Positions 52,217 through 64,000 of a stretch of 64,000 nt of DNA are shown here, piece by piece (position 1 is the first letter of the stretch; the number at the start of each line of letters is the position of its first letter). Made by a program: the position numbers and the translations under genes. A model generated the notes under the pieces. The model had not been told where the DNA came from. It ran no database searches and was given only the letters and a program-made list of their open reading frames with translations. The stretch comes from Octopus bimaculoides (taxonomy: Eukaryota), in NCBI RefSeq assembly GCF_001194135.2, contig NC_068998.1, positions 52,847,068 to 52,911,067 of the forward strand. Reading direction: 5' to 3'.

Positions 52217-55200
52217 CATCTCTAAAATATAGAACAGTATTATTCAGGATATATCACATATAGTTAAAATGCAGTGACGTTCGCAATAGAACCGCCAAGC
52301 GTTCGGTTGGTAGACTAGTGCCTCTTTTTGACTCAAATATTTTTGTGTTTAAATGGATTATAAATGATAGGAATTATGGAAGAATAAGGAATATGCTAAC
52401 ATCATATACAACTAGAGAAGCAAGTATATATATTTAAGAGAAGTGAAATACTTGTACATGACGTAGAAAATAAAAAAAAGCAAGAATATCAAGTCGATAT
52501 TCGAAACTTATGACGAACGTTCAGAGTAGATATTAAAACAAAGAAATTGTAACTTACGCATGCTCCTCAGCACAAACATATACATGCCCACATACAACAA
52601 TACATAGGCAAGCAATGAAAGAGACATATATACAAACACACACACATAGCGTTTCAGTCAAAGTTTTAAAATTCCAGAGAGGAATATATTGAAGCATCTA
52701 CATGCACTGACTTCAGAAGACAACAGATCAATCAAGAGAATACAATGGAATTCTAGCGTAGTGTGTGTTTCGGCATAAGTGTGCACTTAAAATGAAAATA
52801 TGCTCTTAAAATGAAAGCCTATTTTCCTGCTACAAGACTTGGAAACTGTAATAATAGGAAGTAAATTTTTTTTCAAAGAAGCCAAAGAAAAAAATTGAAT
52901 TCAAGATTAAATTTAGATAACGATATTTCTGAATATAAAAGAATAAATGACATGAACGAGAAGATATCCGGAAACACCTAAAATTAAAAGTAGAAAAAAG
53001 AAACATAAAAACAATAATACTATAGTGTTAAGAAAAATAAAATATAAAATAAATCTTTTTTTTTTTCAATTATGTTTTGTGCTGTATTGCACATCACATC
53101 GATCCGTCTTTAGACATATCCTGTACAATGTTTTTTTCTCTGTAAGATATTGCTAATCCCTCACACAACCCTGCCCCTTTTTTGAAGCAAAAGCAATTTT
53201 TAAAAAATGATACGGTGAGCAGTACATTCCACAACACACCTCTATCAAGAAAGATCGAGAAAACGTGATTACTTACACGCTAGGTAATTTATTTGACAAC
53301 CCTGGTAAGACGAAAGGTGAAACTTGCAACCATCACATTTGAAATGATTGTAGAAGAAGGCCGGGATGACCTTTGCGACGCTTTTTATCTTACGCTCTAA
53401 TTACTCTCCCAGTTTGCCGCCCGTAGGACTACACCATTAACGTAACAAGTAATCACAGATTTTTCAACGCTACATGTATATCATGCAAACCACACAATAT
53501 AACATGTAATTCGAAGAAACAAGATAATTCATATTGAAGGAAACTAAACCAAATCACAAGCGTAGAAAACGCAGAAAGCATATTAAATCGAAAATAATGA
53601 TAATAGAAAAGAAAAAAACATTCTTGGATGAGAACCGTTGAGGATTTGAAATATTCTCCTCATCAAATAGTAAATAAACGAATACAAAACACGCATAAAT
53701 AAATCTTCTCGAAGCAATCTTGGACAGAGGAAGATTATCGCTATAATCCATTATAATATCGCTTGGTTTAACATGAAAAAAAAAAATAAGAAAGAAATGC
53801 TGGTCGCAAATTTAATACAGGAAATAGAAGAGGAACATTTTAATGAAAAATCAACAGGATGATGAAATATCATTCTCTCTGCGCAGTGAACCAAATGCAA
53901 TAAAATAGAAAAAGAAGTATACAAACAGCATTTTGGAAACGCATGCATACATACTTGTTTGGATACATTCATGCGTACATACTCAGATACAGAAATGCAT
54001 ACAAACACACACCCTAAAACACTCACGCATGCACACACATTTTTTGTTGGTTGTCACTCCTAATCAAGCAGGACTTACTATCAAAAGAAAGTTTTATAGT
54101 GATGGAACTTACTAAGAATACACAGCCGTTTCGTAGTACACCAAACGCACTTGCACACTCCTCGCAACAGATATCACAGTAAACTGTTGGTAGTGCAACG
54201 GATATTTGAATCGTTGTCCCCTTTTTCTTTCCTATTGCTGCATTCAACTTAACACCACATCTTTCTTTATAGATCTCCACCATTATTTGCTTTTGCTATC
54301 GGTCAATACCTTCAATTATGCAGCTGCAATGCCATCTGCTTCACCGAGATATTTTAGATAATATACATGTGAAGAAATTTCAGGCGTCTTCTTCGGCGAG
54401 TGTGTAGGTATATGTGTGTGCACACACACACATATACCTACACACTCGCGCACATGCCCCCACCCCCACACATATGTCTGTACCATTATATCGACCAGAT
54501 TATCAGGGAGGTTATACATTGCTTGCCACAATGCACTTCCCTGCATTGTTGTAGCTTCTATATAACGCCACACCGTTTCTGGCTATGTAGAGATGGTCAA
54601 CATTTCCGGCCCCTGAACGAAACCCAGTCCGTCCCAGGATTACTTATTTACAGGTGAGGGGACTACAGCAACGTGAAATTAAGGGTTTTATTCAATAATA
54701 CAACTCACCGCTGATCTGAGAATAATAAGTACGATCTTGTCATTGTTCGTGCAACACTCTAATCACTTGTATGTACAAGAAGCAGATAGCATTAAATAAA
54801 ACCGTTCTGAGCCTACACTGTATGTTGATATTGGCGCAGTATTGTACATCGCGTAGAAATGTTAAACAAACAAACAAAAAACTCGCTATTCGAAAGCGTT
54901 TTCAATGTGCATCTTTGAAGGCAAAGAGACGTCACTAAAATAAATAAATAAATGAATGCATTAAAAACCTAATAGGAATCAGTTTGGTTAAAACCATTCT
55001 CAAATTAATAATGGCACACGATATTCACAAGTGTGATTATAATGGATTGTTCAGTTATCTCTAACGGGAAATATGGAACAAATAATCACTTCGGTTAAAG
55101 AAACGAAAATGTTCACAAACCATTAAAACACAATGCAAATTAATAACAATTTTGTTATTGTTTATATCTAATATATTAGTATAACTAAGCGCCAATAAAC

Positions 55201-55357
55201 TGACAGTCCCCAGATGAACACTAAAACGAAACTTAGATTAAACAATGAATTTCTATTAACTACAAAACTACAACAATATGATATAAACAGAATTTGTGGC
55301 AATATTTTATTACAAACTACACTTTAAAAATATGTTCTATAAGATCTTTATGGCGGC

Positions 55358-55392
<35 letters not shown>

Positions 55393-55793
55393 NNNNNNNN
55401 NNNNNNNNNNNNNNNNNNNNNNNNNNNNNNNNNNNNNNNNNNNNNNNNNNNNNNNNNNNNNNNNNNNNNNNNNNNNNNNNNNNNNNNNNNNNNNNNNNNN
55501 NNNNNNNNNNNNNNNNNNNNNNNNNNNNNNNNNNNNNNNNNNNNNNNNNNNNNNNNNNNNNNNNNNNNNNNNNNNNNNNNNNNNNNNNNNNNNNNNNNNN
55601 NNNNNNNNNNNNNNNNNNNNNNNNNNNNNNNNNNNNNNNNNNNNNNNNNNNNNNNNNNNNNNNNNNNNNNNNNNNNNNNNNNNNNNNNNNNNNNNNNNNN
55701 NNNNNNNNNNNNNNNNNNNNNNNNNNNNNNNNNNNNNNNNNNNNNNNNNNNNNNNNNNNNNNNNNNNNNNNNNNNNNNNNNNNNNNNNNTCAA

Positions 55794-55823
55794 TTAGGGT
55801 TAGGGTTAAGGTTAGGGTTAGGG
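55794..55823 (+). repeat. Interstitial (TTAGGG)5
   Basis: ttaggg ttaggg ttaagg ttaggg ttaggg immediately after a gap. Confidence 0.85.
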
Positions 55824-56419
55824 AAAACGAAGACACGTGTGTTGCCTCTCTGCAAAATGTCAGAAGTAATGGAGATTAAATACGCTTTACATCGCTTAAA
55901 CTGCTAAAGGAGTAACTGTAAACAGCTGAATACTTGTCAGTGATTGGTTGAAATTATCGAAATAAGACAATTTTTTTACATGAAATTAATTCGAATACAA
56001 AATTTTCTTTTTCTGTTCTATAACACAAAATAGATAAGTATACGAAGTTTGAAAGTCTTTCGGTACCAAAAACACTACATAAAACATAAATGAAAACTGG
56101 TGCCCCCGTTTTGAACTAGATCCCAAATTTGCATTCTAAACTAACGGAGGTGATAATGTACCGGAGTGACGATAGCAACTAAATTCCACCCCTCAAACTT
56201 GAAGTTTCCCACCAAAATTAACTAGCATTATTGCTAAATCTGAATTTAAATTCTGCTGTTATGAATATTGCATTTCATGATGGCGAGATAAAGGACCATC
56301 CAAAAACTGGATGGTATGCATTCGACTGTACCCCACCCACTCCCGGTAAATTGTAGGGACATTGTATTTTATGTTAGAAAAAATTATCATTAAATTAGTT
56401 TCTTTTCGTTTAAACACGA

Positions 56420-56710
56420 TTCTTCCTTCATCTGGCTTATAATTAAGTAATCCCTGACCAGGTAATCTCTTTCCAGATGTAATACATCCTGAACTATATT
56501 ATCTAAACCAACTTCAATTTTATCAATGGTACTTTGGTAAGGTGATTGATATTTTCGTTGCTATTTCTCGCAGGTTGAAAGACATCCTAGAGGATCTCTC
56601 ATTTGCTTGCTTATGAAATCCATAACATTCATATTTTAGTGAGAAATATTTTATGGTCGGAATGTCTTCCAACCACTCTTCTGTTGCAACAACGTCTATT
56701 CTTCCGTCGT
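56420..56710 (-). mobile_element. Possible LINE APE-endonuclease fragment
   Basis: Minus strand DGRIDVVATEEWLEDIPTIKYF resembles the APE motif DIIAITETWL. Confidence 0.3.
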
Positions 56711-56734
56711 ACCTATAGCAGAAAGTACCAGTTG

Positions 56735-56878
56735 CAACTGGTACTTAATTTATCGACCCCGAAAGGATGAAAAGGAAAGTCGACTTCGGTGGAATTTGAA
56801 CTCAGAACGTAAAGACAGACGAAATACTGCTAAGCATTTCGCCCGGCGTGCTAACATTTCTGCCAGCTCACTGCCTTA
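56735..56878 (-). mobile_element. SINE family A, best-preserved copy
   Basis: caactggtacttaatttatcgaccccgaaaggatgaaaaggaaagtcgacttcggtggaatttgaactcagaacgtaaagacagacgaaatac..gtgctaacatttctgccagctcactgcctt. Confidence 0.9.
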
Positions 56879-56934
56879 CTAGTTTTTACTAAGAGGGGGA
56901 GAAAAACATTTCGAAAGTAGAAAAAAAGGGGTAA

Positions 56935-57270
56935 AGCCCTCCTTCGGTCATGAATGACAATGGGATTTCACATAGAAAGTTACCCCCAAGAAGTACAAGT
57001 CCGGGAAAGGATGCTAATGAAAGACGAGCAGTTACTCACGCATACCAGCCTCCCTCTCCACGCTGCCGATGTTACCCAAAGACGTGGGTGGAATCCGATA
57101 CAGCTTGGTGCCAGTGACGGCGGAACTCACTTCTTCAGTTGAGTGAACAATAGCAACGTGAAATACAATGCCGTAGTCAAGAACGCAGTACACAGCCCGG
57201 CCCGTGAATCGAACTCACTACCTCATGATTGTGAGCTCGACGCTCAGAGCACTGAACAATGCGCCTTCTC
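56935..57270 (-). mobile_element. tRNA-headed SINE, family C
   Basis: Minus-strand head with B-box GAGTTCGATTC, then tatttcacgttgct..ttcactcaactg; related remnants at ~54575-54770 and ~16985-17160 (both minus). Confidence 0.65.
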
Positions 57271-57300
57271 TTGCATTATAAAATTATTTTAATAAGTATA

Positions 57301-57505
57301 AACGCGGCGAGCTGGTAGAGTCGTTAGCACGTCGGTCGAAATGCTGCTTAGCGGTTCTGAGTTCAAATGCCACCGGGGTCAACTTTGCATTTCATCCTTT
57401 CGGAGTCAGTAAATTAAGCAACAGTTACGCACTGGGGCCGATGTAATTGAATAGTCCCCTCCTCCTAAACTCCAGATGTTGTTCCTATAGCAGAAAGGAT
57501 ATATT
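57301..57505 (+). mobile_element. SINE family A
   Basis: ggcgagctggtagagtcgttagcacg..ggttctgagttcaaat..ctttgcatttcatcctttcgg..cctatagcagaaagg. Confidence 0.85.
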
Positions 57506-58417
57506 AATATGTATAGTATTTAGAACGTAAAATAGCGAAAGAGATAAGAATTATATCTTATCTCTAAAGTGACAAATATTTTTGATGTGGCATTGGACAT
57601 GTCAATGATATGGAAATTCTAGAAGAGTTCATTGTGAGTTCGAGGATCATATCATTTCGTTTGGCATTTGTGCATACGAAGTAAAATTGTGATGTAAGTT
57701 TTCCCTTTTAAACAAGCAAACTATGAGTTATATTGTCGTTAAACTGGATGTAAAATCTATAGAAAGCTGAAGGTCAAACCTCTTCTCTACAAAGAACACT
57801 TGAAATCTTTATAGAAGCATACGTAAGCTGCCGGATTTATTACTTAAGCAGTAAAATGCAATAAGCAATAATATAGGCAGGCGATTTCGCTTGAACAGCT
57901 ATGCTAAAGCCTAATTTATAAATATAAAATTGACAGAGTTCTATTACATGATGGATTGGATGGTGGACTGGAACTTCTAGAAGCAATCATACGGTGAAGG
58001 ATAAAGGAGGAGGCAGTATGAAAAAACGAAATTAATTTCACCGCAGAACACTCCAAAATCCTGTACAGCAAACCAATTGCAGAAAATAAGATGGAAGACT
58101 TCACTAAATTTTTCGACACCAACAATACTGCTTAGCTGCAATATTATGGAGAGGAAATTAAATGAAACCGAGGCATTTTATTCCAGTGGAAAGAAACTGC
58201 TCATTGTGCAGTTGCATAGGAAGTATTTAACTGTTTTAGGTGTAAAGATATCTAATACAGTGGCATGAGGCAACTTCTCTCATTGTACGTCTGCACCAAA
58301 AAGGAAGGACGCCCTCCTGAAAGATTTTGCTGAGTGATTCTTGTGAATATTTTCGCTTCATCTAAGCACCGTTAGATTCAATAAATGTATGATGAAAGCG
58401 TTCCAACGATGATACTC

Positions 58418-58437
58418 TCTATCTATCTATCTATCTA

Positions 58438-58530
<93 letters not shown>

Positions 58531-58550
58531 GTCTATCTATCTATCTATCT
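58418..58550. repeat. (ATCT)n-(CT)n-(ATCT)n
   Basis: Direct reading. Confidence 0.95.
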
Positions 58551-58633
58551 GTGTGTCCGTATGTGCGTATTAATGTGTACGTGCCTCTCCCTCAGTCTCC
58601 CTCATAGTATCTCTCTCTCTCTCNNNNNNNNNN

Positions 58634-58677
<44 letters not shown>

Positions 58678-58989
58678 AAATGAAGGATAAGACTACTTTA
58701 ATGATTTTATTAAAAGTGGCCAGCGTGAAATAAAAATCAGACAGGTAGCAATTTATATTAATTTATAATTATATGATATAATTATATTAAATGGTGCGGA
58801 TAACCCTAACTTCAAAACGCTAGAAACAGACGCCAATGGCTTTTAAACCCATTCAAGTGCTTTTATGCCTAATTTTGTATAAAATATATATATTTTGCTC
58901 CTGATCAAATTGCATTCGCAGCGATATTATTTTCTTATTAAAAGCACGTGTTTCAGATGAAAAAATCACATTTAACTAGTTTATACATA

Positions 58990-59230
58990 TAAGTGTGGTT
59001 AGGTTGTTGCACTCAGGCACGGAAGGTCATGGTTACAATTCCTGGAACCGGCTCGTGCATTGCGTTCTTGAAGAAAACACTCCATATCTCGTTGCTCTGT
59101 TGTCGCTTCAGCATCCGATGTCTGGTACGACTTCCACCTGTTCAGGAAACGTCGATTTGATGGAAAAGATCAAATGACGTATGGCACTTATACTTGATCA
59201 CTATAAACAAATCATTTGAGCAGGTCGTTC
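58990..59230 (+). mobile_element. tRNA-headed SINE-like element
   Basis: gtgtggttagg..ggttacaattcctgg head followed by gcgttcttgaagaaaacact..cgttgctctg, related to the family C 5' region. Confidence 0.45.
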
Positions 59231-60164
59231 AAAGAACTTCAAGAGTCTATATCTGGAATTGTTTGAGCTCCATGTTAGGTTTTGGTTGAGGAGAACTATG
59301 ATCATTGACATTCCTGCCATGACTTCCCTGCCATGTTTCATATATAATGTCCTTAGATATAGAACAGCGTTGTCAAATACGAGAGTAAAGTATGCTATGC
59401 CAGATAGATTTAATGGCTGACTTTAGCAGGTCGAGATTTGAGTGGTTTCTGAAGAGATACGAAGAGACGTTGAGTGGTTGATGTAAAATATTTTGTCGTC
59501 ATTTGCTGGTCATATATTTCACGAGGAAAATACTTAGAAATATTAGATAAATGAGAAATGCAATTTCACTTGAAACCTCAAGGTAAATGAAGATGGAAAA
59601 GCAACATAGATGTATAATTATATAACATAAATCGAACACTAGAATGTAGACAACTGTCAAATACGAATAAATATATTGAGAAACAAAAGAGCTTTCAATT
59701 CAGCAACGACAACGATCATACGTGACTGGCTCAACGATGTCTAAAATCTATAGACAAAATGGCTTATAAGCAATCCTGAAACAACGAATTAAACAAACAT
59801 TTTAAAACGAAGTGAAATGCACTAAGAAATTCTGTGGACAAGAAGCAAGAATCTATTATTAACTGCAGAAAAACTGCCAACAGATTAAATTGGAAAATAT
59901 GTGAAGCACTTTAAGATGACCATTTCAAGTAATCAGAATAAACGGTAATACTAAAAACGTCTGAAAGGTGAAGATATACATTAGAAATTCTTAACACAGA
60001 GTGACTCGCTGTTTCATTATTATTGTCTATGTTCTGAGGTATCTCAGATACACCGCAGTTGTTACCCATACAACATCAGGACGATAACAATAATAACCAC
60101 AACACTAATAACAACAACAACAACAATAACAATAATAATAATGATAATAATAATGATAAAGATG

Positions 60165-60645
60165 AAGGATTGCAGAAGAACTGTACAATTGAGAACGAGA
60201 TGTCGCCGACGGTACAAAAAGGTTGTAGGAGGAGATGGAGAGTCCCAAGGTCCAATTATGGATAAACTAAATGGTAATGGAAGATTGTAAGCGGAGGAGA
60301 ACTTTGTGAATGGCGTGGATTGATTATCGTACGGCTTATGATATGATTCCACATTCATGGATCATCGAGTACTTAGATTTGTTTGGAATTGCGAGGAATG
60401 TAACGTGGACAAGGCTTGAGCGCCCTCGGAGAGTACCTGTTATTAATAATGATTGACGCGCTTGGAAGTATCAGCAATCAACTAGTTACATGGCTCAAAA
60501 ATCAGCATTACTTGGAAGTGCAAGGGTTGTTCGCAGGGTTCTTGAAGCATGATCAGTAGACAAGTGTCACCTTAGTGTGCGGGATGGCTACAGCTGACGC
60601 TTTCAGTCATACCCAGAAATATGCTGAGAGTGTTCCTCAAATGGT
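60165..60645 (+). mobile_element. R4/Dong-clade non-LTR retrotransposon, 5'-truncated, internally deleted
   Basis: RT motifs QKGCRRR..MAWIDYRTAYDMIPHSWIIEYLDLFGIARNV (60310-60403), then REL-domain C-terminus IDALGSISNQLVTWL and QKSALLGSARVVRRVLEA* (stop 60550-52), ~95-nt 3'UTR; TAA-type repeats on both sides. Confidence 0.85.
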
Positions 60646-60849
60646 AATGATAATAATAATAATAATAATAACATCTGATCATACATGATCAATATAATTA
60701 TATCCTGTGGGCATTGGAAGTAAGAGTATGCAGGAAACGAGGAGCCGTATTCAAGTAAACACATTTGTGAATTTATGAAACTTTATAATAAAAAACATGA
60801 TCTCAAATAACTCTTTATAGAATTGATACTCACTGAAATCATAGGAAAG

Positions 60850-62060
60850 CATAAATATGCACATATACATGATAAACTATTCTAAACCAATGAATACATA
60901 ATAAGACACATAAAACTTCAGAAGTGATGGAAAACATCACAGCAGAGACGATGTCACATCTAGTAAATGAGTCTACGGAATACAAGGTAAATATTATGAA
61001 CTCACCATACAAAGAATACACGAGGGTCACAGGATATGAAAAGCAAGAATGCAGAGAAAGAAACTTAAAAATCTAAATTGGGGATTCGAAAGCATCATGA
61101 AAATATTCAAACAAATACCTAGCCAAAACAAAATAAAACTTACTCTCAAAGCCACATTCGAAAAGAAATCGAATTAAAGCATCCACGATTAAAACAGATC
61201 AAACTAGAGTTAATGCTGAGGAAAACATAGGAGAAATATTAAAAAGAACATAAGTAAAAAATAATGCGGTCAATGGACATGAATCAAGATAAATCACTGT
61301 TGAAGTGACACACAAGTAAACAGATGATAAAAAGGTTCTATTATGGGAAATTCTCTTCACGGAAGTAAACGACTCCAACATCAACGGAATTAATGTTTTG
61401 ATATATTTATAGGAAGTGTAATAGCGAGGTGTACTATAGGCTCATTCCTTGAAGAGTCGGATCATCCTTGATTAAACCGAAAGTAAAAAAAAGTGTGAAA
61501 AGGGAATATACTATATGAAAGGGAATAAACGATTTACAGGAAAACCCTTCTTTAATATGCGAGTTGGAGAAATGGGATCGAAGTCGAGAACGACAAATAT
61601 AAACAATTAAAAGAAAATTTAATATCAATAAAATGGAAGTCTGTCTGGGAGCAAAAAAGATATCTAAACAAAATCATATTAAAAATGGCAAGAATTTAAT
61701 CCAGACAAAATATCTGAATCAAATCCCAAACGAGTGTAATAAAACAGAGTAAACCTTGGGGAACAGCATCTCCAACGGAATTTCAAACATACAGGAAGGG
61801 AATATGGAGCAAAACTATGCAGTACTAGAGTTTCGAAAAGGAAGATGGGAAAATGCAGGAACGATATAAATGTAACTCGTAATAATAAAGAAGGAACTCA
61901 TGAACAGTTTAAAGATTGCAGACGACAACCCCATCTTACATTATATACAGCTGTCTCTCATTAATATAATACAACTTAAACAGTCTACTCATTTGACAAG
62001 CACTTTACAACTTTTTAAATATCTGAGCCAGATCCCAAAGCTGGATGTTTAGGGGATCAC
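60850..62060 (+). mobile_element. Possible ancient CR1/L2-type LINE remnant
   Basis: A-rich coding-like strand bias over 1.2 kb; FKYLSQIP near 62015 resembles the CR1 C-terminal DKFLSQIPD motif; many stops. Confidence 0.25.
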
Positions 62061-62245
62061 ACTAGAAACAAAATGAAAACACAAGTCACTTAAAGAAAGA
62101 TTCATCATATTTATAGACGGAATACAGTCGACGGGCAGCCGGAAGGATGCTTGAGGGCCGCATGCGGCATTTGAGCTCAGAACATAACAAGGCGGAAGAA
62201 ATACTGCAACCAGGAAGCCAGAAAGAATGTTAGAGACAGAGAGAT

Positions 62246-62365
<120 letters not shown>

Positions 62366-62536
62366 ATGGATGGTAAAGAAGTGGACAGAGGGGGATAAAA
62401 TGAGAACAGGAAATAACGAAGATTCATGAAATTGAAAAAGCGCTTAGAGAAAACTAGAAGAGAAACCTCGCCTCTATATGTGCATGCGCACCACTCTCCT
62501 TCATGATGTAAGAAATATACGGGGCGACAGCTTCTT

Positions 62537-62568
<32 letters not shown>

Positions 62569-62961
62569 GTCAAATTGTACATGGTCATTGAGATTTTGTG
62601 CATATTCTCTTTCCATGCCATATTGGCTTGCAATAATCAATCTTCAATATTGGCAAAGATCTCCGTAACATATAGACCATATAATCACGTCTGGTTCGTG
62701 TGCGCATGTAAGTGTATCTGTGTTCATTTGCAAGCGTTTATGCGTATGTGTGTGTATGTGCATGCGTGTACTTGGAAGCGAAGTATACTAATTTATAAAT
62801 AACTGGTTTTTTCATAATTATTGAGAGAAAGCATGTACCTCTGTTATATTAGAGTAATCCTGGTTTTGTGTGGTGTGCCCAGACGCACTCTGCCTCTAGC
62901 AATTTAGTGATCTTTCAAAATAATTCTTATTTCTTATTACCGTTGCTACATATCTAATACG

Positions 62962-63170
62962 CTAAGGTTGCTGAATTATTAAGGTGTTGGACCTGCATTC
63001 ATCCAACTCCACGTTCTGAATCCAAATTCCACCCACGTTGAATTTGCGTCTCATACTTTTGGAGTCGATAAAATCAGTACCAGTAGAGCAGAGCGGGTGA
63101 TCGACATAATCGAGTGACACTCTTCTGTACGCAAGTGCTGCCCTGGTACCAGAAGTTAAAACCATTATTA
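62962..63170 (+). mobile_element. SINE family A (degenerate)
   Basis: acgttctgaatccaaattcc..ggagtcgataaaatcagtaccagt..accattatta tail. Confidence 0.6.
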
Positions 63171-63177
63171 TCTATCT

Positions 63178-63545
63178 TTTTTTTTACTTGTTTCAGGCAT
63201 TTGACTGTGGCCATAGTGGAGCACAGTCAAAGAAGGGTTTTAGTTGCACAAGACTTAAATTTCTCAAAGCTTGGTACTTTGTCTCTCAAGGTTTTTTGCC
63301 GAACCACTAAGTTACAGGGACCTAAACACTGCGATATTGGTTGTCAAGCAGCGGTGGGGTACAAATACAGTCACAGAGAAACACACGCACTTCCTTCTGT
63401 TTCTGTCTACCAAATCCACTCCCAAGGCTTTGGCCGAGCTTAGGTTTTAATAGAAATCACTTGCCCAGGGTACCATGCAATAGGACTGAACCCGGAACCA
63501 CGTGGTTGGAAATCAAGCTTCGTACCACACAGCCACGTATGAGCC
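63178..63545 (-). mobile_element. SINE family B
   Basis: ttgccgaaccactaagttac..ggttgtcaagc..tctaccaaatccactc..ggactgaacccggaaccacgtgg..ccacacagccac. Confidence 0.85.
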
Positions 63546-64000
63546 AAATGCTTCTTATTTTTACTAACCTAACTATTTTTACCCTATGTATATTCCTGAT
63601 TTACTATTTTCTGATTTTCGCCCTCGTACTGTCCCTTATTCTTATGTCCTTGTGGCCAATAAAAGGAATCATTATTGTCATTATTGTTACTGCTGCTGCC
63701 TGTTCCATTTCGAAATCGCAGTTATACAGCCATCCGGGTTGTAATTCATGAAGTAATGGCTAGTTGATGTGTATTCATAAACCGCGCTGCTTTGATCAAT
63801 AAATCCTATATTAGTTGACAGCTATCGTTTCAAAGCTACCGGAAATATAGATCTACAATGAACGAGGTAGGAATCAAACAACAATCGGTGCTATACTTAA
63901 ACTACTTGCTTTGGAATTTGACTCACGTCTTCACTACATCGAAGCACAAATTCTGTAATCATTGAAACACTTCATCTTAGGCAAACAAACAACTATTGAA

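Noticed and set aside
57900-58270. Possible L1/Tx1 remnant (GGLELL, KETAHCA)
   Set aside because: Motifs are too short and degenerate to support a call.

Overview
AT-rich eukaryotic genomic DNA from a short-read style assembly, with 13 N-gaps (~3.5 kb) that are almost all flanked by microsatellites. The repeat landscape resembles a cephalopod (Octopus-like) genome; this is an inference from recalled repeat families and was not database-checked. The window is mostly intronic or intergenic: dense di-, tri- and tetranucleotide microsatellites, ~18 copies of one tRNA-headed SINE (family A here), ~5 of a second (family B), a few other SINE-like pieces and decayed LINEs. The LINEs are two clear R4/Dong-clade restriction-like-endonuclease (REL) fragments abutting (TAA)n tracts and one RTE 3' end, plus weaker candidates. 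There is also a hAT-type MITE with a perfect 8-bp TSD and a Penelope-type minimal hammerhead ribozyme motif. No long ORF is real: the ORF-track entries are repeat translations, gap read-throughs or chance frames. The best protein-coding signal is a 120-nt phase-1/phase-1 Cys-rich candidate exon (19624-19743). It splices in frame to an 84-nt exon (22296-22379), giving a possible secreted PAN/apple-like domain. No rRNA, bona fide tRNA or CRISPR array was seen, and I cannot claim a confirmed novel system; the top leads are listed under findings.
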